In this document: piece after piece, positions 57,701 through 64,000 of the stretch
How positions within the stretch are numbered: the stretch's first letter is position 1
Layout: each line of letters starts with the position of its first letter
Source of the DNA: a virus
Taxonomy: Duplodnaviria; Caudoviricetes
DNA: 64,000 nt
IMG/VR virus record: IMGVR_UViG_3300026549_000041
Coordinates: 64,001-128,000 of that record
Reading direction: 5' to 3' (one strand)
The notes under the pieces: generated by a model
Seen by the model: the letters and a program-made list of their open reading frames with translations, nothing else
What the model was told of the DNA's origin: nothing
The model's database searches: none
Made by a program: the position numbers and the translations under genes

Positions 57701-58074
57701 TTATATAATTCTAATTGCCCTAATTCTGCTTCATTAGCATGAAGACCTGTAATATGTTTTATGGTGTCATTACTTTCATCTATATTAACAGTAATTTCAT
57801 ACCATTTATATCTTGGGTCTTTTACTGATGGTAAAAATATAAATTTAAAATCTTTGATAAAATCCCAATATATATTTTTTATACCATTTACTTCTTTATA
57901 TACGTCAAAACTAATCTCACTAACATCATTTAATGGATGACTACATCGAAACTCTTGTATATTATTAATAACTCCAATTTTTCTTCCTGAACGAGTACAT
58001 AATACTACAATTGGAACTAGAATGTTCTTATCAATATCTGTTTCAATTTTATCGTTATATCTATAATCCATCAT
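54730..58074 (-). CDS. tail protein (Tal/baseplate hub-like)
   Basis: directly after Dit; 1114 aa; C-terminal IDSSAGNIFKN domain. Confidence 0.7.
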   Translation of the reverse strand: MMDYRYNDKIETDIDKNILVPIVVLCTRSGRKIGVINNIQEFRCSHPLNDVSEISFDVYKEVNGIKNIYWDFIKDFKFIFLPSVKDPRYKWYEITVNIDESNDTIKHITGLHANEAELGQLELYNIEINTENDIARDDYEIITIDGKEYGTVFYNPEHPKASLLHRLLSDKASHYSIVHVDETLKNLQREFSFNGTSIVDALNQTIAPEIGCLFIFGESDNNTDDNIFHRTISAYDLMDYCEDCGKRGNYTHGVCTNCGSTNIQNGYGEDTGIFINAENLTDSISFTSNTDQVKNFFKMGAGDEYMEAAIRNCNPNGSNYLFYFSDEMKEDMSDELVTKLNQYETIYDGYLKDYSIYLPDENINKYNILVNKYQNYIKEDIPVMNNPIQGYAELTNYDYNAVNFKDCLQTTMMPSSPDVAETTADEQIAKLTLEHMSPIGTEDSSAMSLTAANTAVESYAKVYVDTSRYKIEITDSTYENNIWTGTITVTSLTDNEDTANTTLTIIFNNDGAQFLKQKIQKMMEEHKVEDIGDVSFLQEDYTDEELETVFKPKLQKYSLDALSLLDDLCSATMDILADANQGTVDSPYYEQFYHPYWKKRKLIMEEETVREEEIKTVEQVIEDIDVVRQDIINTLDMHNFFGEELYSELMLYRRETEYSNSNFISDGLADSEVISRAQDYFKKAQEEIIKASTIQHSISCSLYNLFLLPEFRKILVSDDSSQIQYIGEGLYIDSNGEVHNVGDGVHFVDSTLKRFISLFDGGNWLRVRVDDKVYKLRLTNWEIDYTKPEELEVEFSDVIYSGDTMSDIASLLSQARTMATSYNTVMRQAEKGVVANKTIEQQKKQGLILNQNKIINDVNTQNFVLNSQGALMRAKNDFDDEYSPEQIKLLNKGIYYTNDDWETVKAGLGHFMYYDPETKTTKEDYGIIASTIVGQLLLGENLKIFSESGKFEMGDDGLKVTAIDGEDNTDLFVVQKQKVDDQGRPYVEKYIYVDSDGDVKIAGNSITLGGKPLIEYINEAIEDVEISLPITIQIDSSAGNIFKNKNISTILTATVYRGGEDITSEITRFKWTKKDKNGNLDPSWSRYTTSNIITINSDDVTSKAVFGCEVTIEQ

Positions 58075-58889
58075 GAGAAAGTCACCTTCCTTACAGGATT
58101 ATAAGAAATCTTACAATCACAACTTAAATTTGATTTAAATTTATTAACCGTATTTCCATATACATTATATATTTTAGGAAAAATCCAATTAAAATCATTA
58201 TAAATATTATGAGAATTAATAGAAGAGGATACTTGCATCAATTTATCAAATGTAATTATTTCTCCACTAGTACAACCTTTAATTTCTGTTTTTGTTTCTA
58301 CATTATTAAAAATATTGGTCAATACTAAATCACCACTTTCTTTTAATTCTATAACTACTGTTGGAACAATACTTCCTTCATCAAATGAAAAATCTGGTAA
58401 AATTAATTCTTCATCTCCACCCAATTCTTTTTCATATAAAATTTCTTCTCCAATTGCATATGGACGATTAGAAATAAAAGTAGCATTAAATCCAGCAGTT
58501 TCTTCACCAACTTTAATCCATTGTAAATTAAAAGAACCTTCCCAATATACATCTGCATATTCTACTTCATTTAATATTTTAAATTTATGAGAAGTAGGAC
58601 GATTGAGCCAATATTGTATATCTTCAATTTCTTGAATAGAAAAATATGGATTGTCCTCATTATCTTCACAATAATTTTTAGCAATAGAAAATTCAATCTC
58701 TAATCTGTCTTCAAACGTACTGGTCACAAAAGGTTGATATTTACCTCCAAATAAAGATATTGAATTAAATGTTCTTTGTGAATCAGTTGTAATATCATCG
58801 TCTTGCATACCATTAAAACTAACAATACCTAACCCCTTAGTGCTTAAAGCTATACCGTCATATTCAAAGTCACTAAATCTCACTCTCAT
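58071..58889 (-). CDS. distal tail protein (Dit)
   Basis: FEYDG..S..G, WLNRP, FN..FP.I; follows tape measure gene. Confidence 0.75.
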   Translation of the reverse strand: MRVRFSDFEYDGIALSTKGLGIVSFNGMQDDDITTDSQRTFNSISLFGGKYQPFVTSTFEDRLEIEFSIAKNYCEDNEDNPYFSIQEIEDIQYWLNRPTSHKFKILNEVEYADVYWEGSFNLQWIKVGEETAGFNATFISNRPYAIGEEILYEKELGGDEELILPDFSFDEGSIVPTVVIELKESGDLVLTNIFNNVETKTEIKGCTSGEIITFDKLMQVSSSINSHNIYNDFNWIFPKIYNVYGNTVNKFKSNLSCDCKISYNPVRKVTFS

Positions 58890-58910
58890 CCCTCCTCTCA
58901 TTTAAAATAG

Positions 58911-58945
58911 AAAACCGCCCTATTCTTTTTACGGAATAGGGCGGT
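58911..58945 (-). terminator. terminator-like hairpin after tape measure gene
   Basis: ACCGCCCTATTC/GAATAGGGCGGT 12-bp stem then TTTTCTATTTT on the minus strand. Confidence 0.7.
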
Positions 58946-58950
58946 GATAA

Positions 58951-61900
58951 TTATCGTACAATATAACTATATTTTTTATAATTATTATTACCATTAGCTT
59001 GACCTAATGTAATCTCTTGTACCCATTTTTCAAGTTTCTTATTATTCATTAAATCATTAACAAATTTATTAGCATCTTGAACACCATTAGCAATAAATTG
59101 CATATTTACAATTGGTGGTTGTCCATTAGAATTATTACTATTTTGAATAACCCTAACATCTGGAGTAGTATATTGTTTCAAATATTTAGCTGGGTCAGTT
59201 AATGCCTGATACATATTTTTCATAGCGCTATTAGGAATTACGGAATCTCCTTTGTTAAGAGGGGTGAGGATTGCCCCATCAGATTTTCTGATAATCGCTT
59301 CGGCTTTATTACCTTCGTTTGTCCAATACAATCCACTTGTTCCTACGCCAGATGTACCAGTTTTATAACCTTTCCACTTACCATCTTTCTCAAAAGTAAG
59401 CCATCCTTTATTTGTAAACCGTCTACCATTTTTGACCATAGTGCCATCACTAGTAACATAGTAAGCACCTTTTTTAGGATTAGTAGTTACTCCATTATAA
59501 TCAATCCAAGCATTAGTAAGCATTGCTTTTGTTCTAGGGTCGAAGTAATACCAATCGGTGCCATTTCCCCATCTAAGTTCAGCCCAACCACTAGCGGCTT
59601 GTCCTTCAGAATTAAAATGATACCATTTACCACCAATTTGTTGCCAACCAGTAAGCATTACACCAGAACTATCCATATAATAAGTCTTTCCAGACTCTGA
59701 ATAGAATCCAGTTTTCATAGCACCTTTACTATCTAAAAGATACCATTTACCATCAATTTTCTGCCATCCTGTTCTTGCAGAACCATCAGAATTCAAATAA
59801 TACCATTTACCATTAGCGTATTGCCATCCATTGGATAACATAGCACCACTCTTGTCCATGACATAAGTTTTGCCACCTACTGTTTGTGCTCCAGTAAGCA
59901 TTTCGCCTTTGCTATTGGTTAAATACCATTTATTATTATCTTTTATCCATCCTGTTTGGGCAGCCCCATCAGAATTCAGATAGTACCACTTGCCATTAGA
60001 GTAATGCCATCCATTAGAAAGCATTGCTCCCGAAGAATCCATGACATAAGTTTTACCACCAATTTGTTGAGCGCCAGTTTGCATGACACCCTGACCGTTC
60101 ATATAATACCATTTATTATTGTCATATAACCAGCCAGTTTTCGCAGAACCATCAGAGTTGAGATAATACCATTTACCTCCAGATTGTTGCCAACCACCTG
60201 AAAGCATAACACCATTATTACCCATGACATAAGTTTTGCCCTTAATTGTCTGAGCACCAGTTTGCATTTGACCTTGGTTATTCATATAATACCATTGCCC
60301 ATTAAGATTTTGCCAACCAGTCTGAATTTCACCTTGATTATTCATATAATAGCGTTTGCCATTTATAGTCTGCCAACCAGTTTGAGCAGCACCAGAGCTA
60401 TCTAAATGATATTGCTTACCATCAGCGGTAATAAACTGCGAACCTGTTAATTGTTTACCTTTTTCAAATCTATATTTTTTACCATTCTTTTCAGCCCATC
60501 CAGTATAATTCTTGTCCTGAGTACCATCAGACCTGAAATATCCTGTAACAGTATTGCCATTTTCATCTCTGTAAGTTTGAATGTTGCCATCATGCCTTAC
60601 AGCTTCGGTCATAGTATCTTTGGCTGCTTCTTCATTAGTTTCTTTTTGCACACGTTGATAATAATCTACTATCTTTTTAACATTATCTGCTATAGATGCG
60701 ACATTATTATTTTCAAATTGGCTACTAAAATAACTAACAAAAGAACGGCTCATATCATCAAGAGTAGATTTTAAAGTATCAGAAGGAGTATAACCATAAG
60801 AAGAAGCCAAATTATTAATTGTATCTTTAATAATTCCTCTACTTGTATTAGCAGTATCAATTGCCTCTCTTACAACACCTTCTATATCTTTTAATTTATT
60901 CTCTAAGAATTCTTCAAAACTTTCTTCAAATTTTGAAAGCATATCCTTAGTTTCGGATAAACGTCTATCATCTTGTGTTTCTTTAAGACTTTGCCTTGCT
61001 TCTTCAATTTGATTCTTTAATTGCTGTCTCTTAGTTGCAGTTTCTTCAGAATCATCATTTTGAATTGCCCTATACTGCTTTTCAAGTTTGTTTAATTCTT
61101 TTTGTTGGTCTGCAACTTTCTTAGCGTAATCAATTTGGTCTTTTTGTGTTTCAAGTAATTCCTCATAATCATCTATAAGTTTCTTTACATAATCAATTTG
61201 TTTCTTAATACCTTTTTCGGTAACATCAACAATTGAATCTTTCATCTTCTTAGCACCAGAAGCAGCATCTTGTTGTGCTTCTTTTAACTCTTTAAGTTTA
61301 TCAACTAATATTTGATTATAAGGGTCTTTTGCTAAGTCTTCTTGTACTTGATTTATTTCTTTTTGATATTCTTGAACTTCAGCAAAATACACATCATATT
61401 CATGAGCTAACAATGCAAGAGCAGTAGTACCTTGAGCAGTTATATCACCTTGTTCGGTGAACAAATCATCTTCGTTCATAAGGTCATATAAAAATTCAAG
61501 TTCATTTACAACACCATCAATACTATCATGTATTTTATCCCAACGAGTCCAATCAACCTCATTAAGAGCTTTATCGTAACTAATTAAATTATTTTCTGCT
61601 TCAGCAATAGCTGCGCATACATCTGCAATGGCAGATTCCATTTCAGACCATGCTTCAGAACCATATTCAATATAACCAGAATTTAAAGCTTGCTTTTCTC
61701 GTGTCTTCAACATTTGAAGTTCTTGATTTAATTTAACAAGTTTCTTTTGTTCTTGGTCATATTGTCTGTAAATAAGAATTTTAGAACTTAATTTTCCAGC
61801 CTCTTCAAGTCTATCAATAAAAGTATCTTGAACATCAATTTCATGCTGAATAGCTTCAACCATATTATCATAATATGTTTGAGTATTTTCAAACAATTGC

Positions 61901-63999
61901 TGATATAATTCGCCACGCTTATTAGTAAGGTCAATTAATGCTTGCTCACTCGCTACGGCTTTGTTGTAATAATTCTGATATTCCTGAATTTTATCCCATA
62001 AATCGCTATCGGTTACATCTTCAATACGGAAAGCACCATCTCTAATTTTCTGTTTCCAAGATTCGCTCAGATTAATAGAATTGGCTTTATTAATATATGT
62101 CTGATATGCTTTACGTTGGTCAGATATTTCTTGTGTAACAAGTCTTAAATTATCTATAATTGAATCATTTCTATCTTCCCAAGTATTATAAGTGCTACCT
62201 ATAATCTTATCTAAATCAGAAATTCTCGCTTCAATTCTGCCAATCAGAATCTCAACTTCATCTAATGTATTCTTAGTTTCTTTTGCATCTTTAGAAGAAG
62301 AGTTTCCTCCACCAGAGCCACCAGAGCCACCAGAACCTCTTGAACCGCCTGAACTACCACTAGAACCTCTTGAAGAACCTCCCATACCAGTAGAAGTCTT
62401 GCTAGGTCTAAGGGCACCAGAAGACGAACCATGAGAATAAGCAGTACCATTTGCAAACCCGACTAAATGTCCACGACCTTTATTAGAAGTAACATAACCA
62501 TTTTCTAATAATTCTTTACTTTGTTTATGATTAAAAACACTTTGTATTTATTTTAGTTCGCTACACTAAAACGACTGATAAACAGTCCTCTATATTTCTA
62601 CAGAGAATAGACTATATCTTTATGTAAATATTATATTCATGTTTAATTCTTCATTTATTTCATTATAAAATTTTGATTTGGTAAAATCATCCATATTATC
62701 CTCCGATTAATATATTTAAATATAATATTTACATAATCACCTTTTCCAACTACCAATCGCTTGTAGTTGTACTTCCTTGCGGAATAGTCGTTGAGCGTTT
62801 TCCTATTCGGAACTTCGCTGCTGATTGCCCATTGTTACATTTATATATTTTTTAAACATTCACATTTAGATTTATTTCATTCTTATGTTGTAGTATATAT
62901 AACTTTAGGGGTTTCCAGCAATTAAATGATTTATTTTATATACATCACTGTATATAGACACTATTTTATTAATGTCACCCTTTTTAAGATTTACAAATTC
63001 AGCACCATCATCACCAACAGTAAACCAATTACCATCACGGACAACTATCTCAGTTCCTAACTCACCTGTAAGGGCAGTTTGGTCATCGGGAAGTCCCCAT
63101 TTACCACCAGCATATGCATGATTAGAAACTACAGAGCCTTTAACAAATGCAGTACCATATGCATGAGCTGTACCATTTGCAAAATGCGCCCTATAATTTG
63201 ATGCTAATTCATTAGCTTTGTTAATAGCTGATTGAATACCAGATTTAAGAGCACTTAACCCAGAAGAAGAAAAATTAGCAACAACACTTACAGTTTTACT
63301 TTTAACAGAATCAATTGCACTTTTCATAGCTTGCGCATCATTAATTACTTGATTTTTACCTGCAAGCATAACACTAGGAGTGGCTTTTTTATTATCTAAT
63401 TCTTTTGTCTGTTTATTTACATCATCGCTACCTTTTTTAAATTCTTTTGAATCCATCCCAACTTCGGGTTTAGGATTTTGTTTATCAATTTTCTTATTCT
63501 CTTCTTGAACATGTTTTGCACCTTTATCAAAAGGAGAAGTGTCCATTGACGTAGTTACAACCTGATTAACTTGTTCTTCTGATATGGTTTTATTAATTTG
63601 TGTATTTGTTGTTGTGGTATCTTTAGGCTTGGGAGTATCGCCAGTTGTTTTTACATTTATATGAAGCTCTCCCTTTTTGGCTAATTCTAATAATTCTTCA
63701 CCAGTTGCGTCTGGTTCAAGCCCCCATTTTTGTTTAACTTCTTCAGGTAAATTAGCAATTGTGTTTAATTCTTCTTTAAACTCTTCATCAGCATCCCAAT
63801 TAAAATGAATATCTTTATGTTGAGCTGCATAATCTAATTTAGAATTAATATCATCAACAACTTTTTCAGCTGCCATAAATTGGTCAACTGTAATCGAATC
63901 ACCACTAATATTTGATTTATTTAATAAATTTACTCTATACTGTAATTGTGCTAATAATTGGTCTAAATATTGAACTTGAGTATCATCTACATTTGGACG
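58951..63999 (-). CDS. tape measure protein, 3' part; exons >63999-62972 and 62539-58951
   Basis: long coiled coil, FANGT/GELG.E motifs, spliced LKKGDI-VFNHKQS, C-terminal cell-wall-binding repeats; frame open to window end. Confidence 0.85.
59370..60510 (-). repeat. tandem ~20-aa cell-wall (choline/glucan-type) binding repeats in tape measure C-terminus
   Basis: repeated TGWQ..GKWYY..S.G.M units. Confidence 0.85.
62540..62971 (-). mobile_element. group I intron in tape measure gene (432 nt, endonuclease lost)
   Basis: P1 GACAT|TAATAAAATAGTGTC; AATTGCTGGAAAC; GGCAATCAGCAGC; CAACGACTA; AAGATATAGTC; terminal G. Confidence 0.92.
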
Positions 64000-64000
64000 T

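Noticed and set aside
286-62456. Numerous short antisense or off-frame ORFs in the track (e.g. 286-549, 8456-8863, 43854-44345, 60451-60774)
   Set aside because: They overlap well-supported genes, lack RBSs and motifs, and are expected shadows in AT-rich coding DNA.

Overview
A 64-kb segment of a large, AT-rich siphovirus-type phage genome that uses the standard genetic code. The replication module is SPbeta-like, and the host is probably an anaerobic Firmicute of the Clostridia/Lachnospiraceae type (inferred). The + arm (1-42.5 kb) starts with a GC-richer array of small genes and a tRNA/tRNA-like RNA cluster interleaved with homing endonucleases. It then encodes replication proteins (SSB-like, AAA ATPase, helicase, primase, PD-(D/E)XK nuclease, DnaE, RecD2), nucleotide metabolism (ThyX-like, Gmk, NrdH/NrdD/NrdG plus a ferredoxin-thioredoxin reductase subunit, PurA-like, dUTPase), a macrodomain and Pth2. 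The - arm (42.5-64 kb) encodes the tape measure, Dit, Tal-like, tail/fibre proteins, a 1006-aa multi-enzyme lysin and holins. Four group I introns resolve to the nucleotide: two in dnaE around a 25-nt micro-exon, one in dut and one in the tape measure gene. The most novel-looking element is a family of four 60-71 nt 'armless' RNAs in the tRNA cluster. Each has a 7-bp acceptor-like stem, a conserved RYAGCAA and a different anticodon-like stem-loop, and they lie beside tRNA-like RNAs that keep D/T arms but lack a normal anticodon arm (candidate tRNA-mimic/decoy system). Also notable are an HNH endonuclease inserted in-frame into a ThyX-like enzyme with no intein or intron, and a promoter-led Met/Asn-rich + vWA + divergent PurA triad. 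All calls come from motif reading by eye; no database searches were run.
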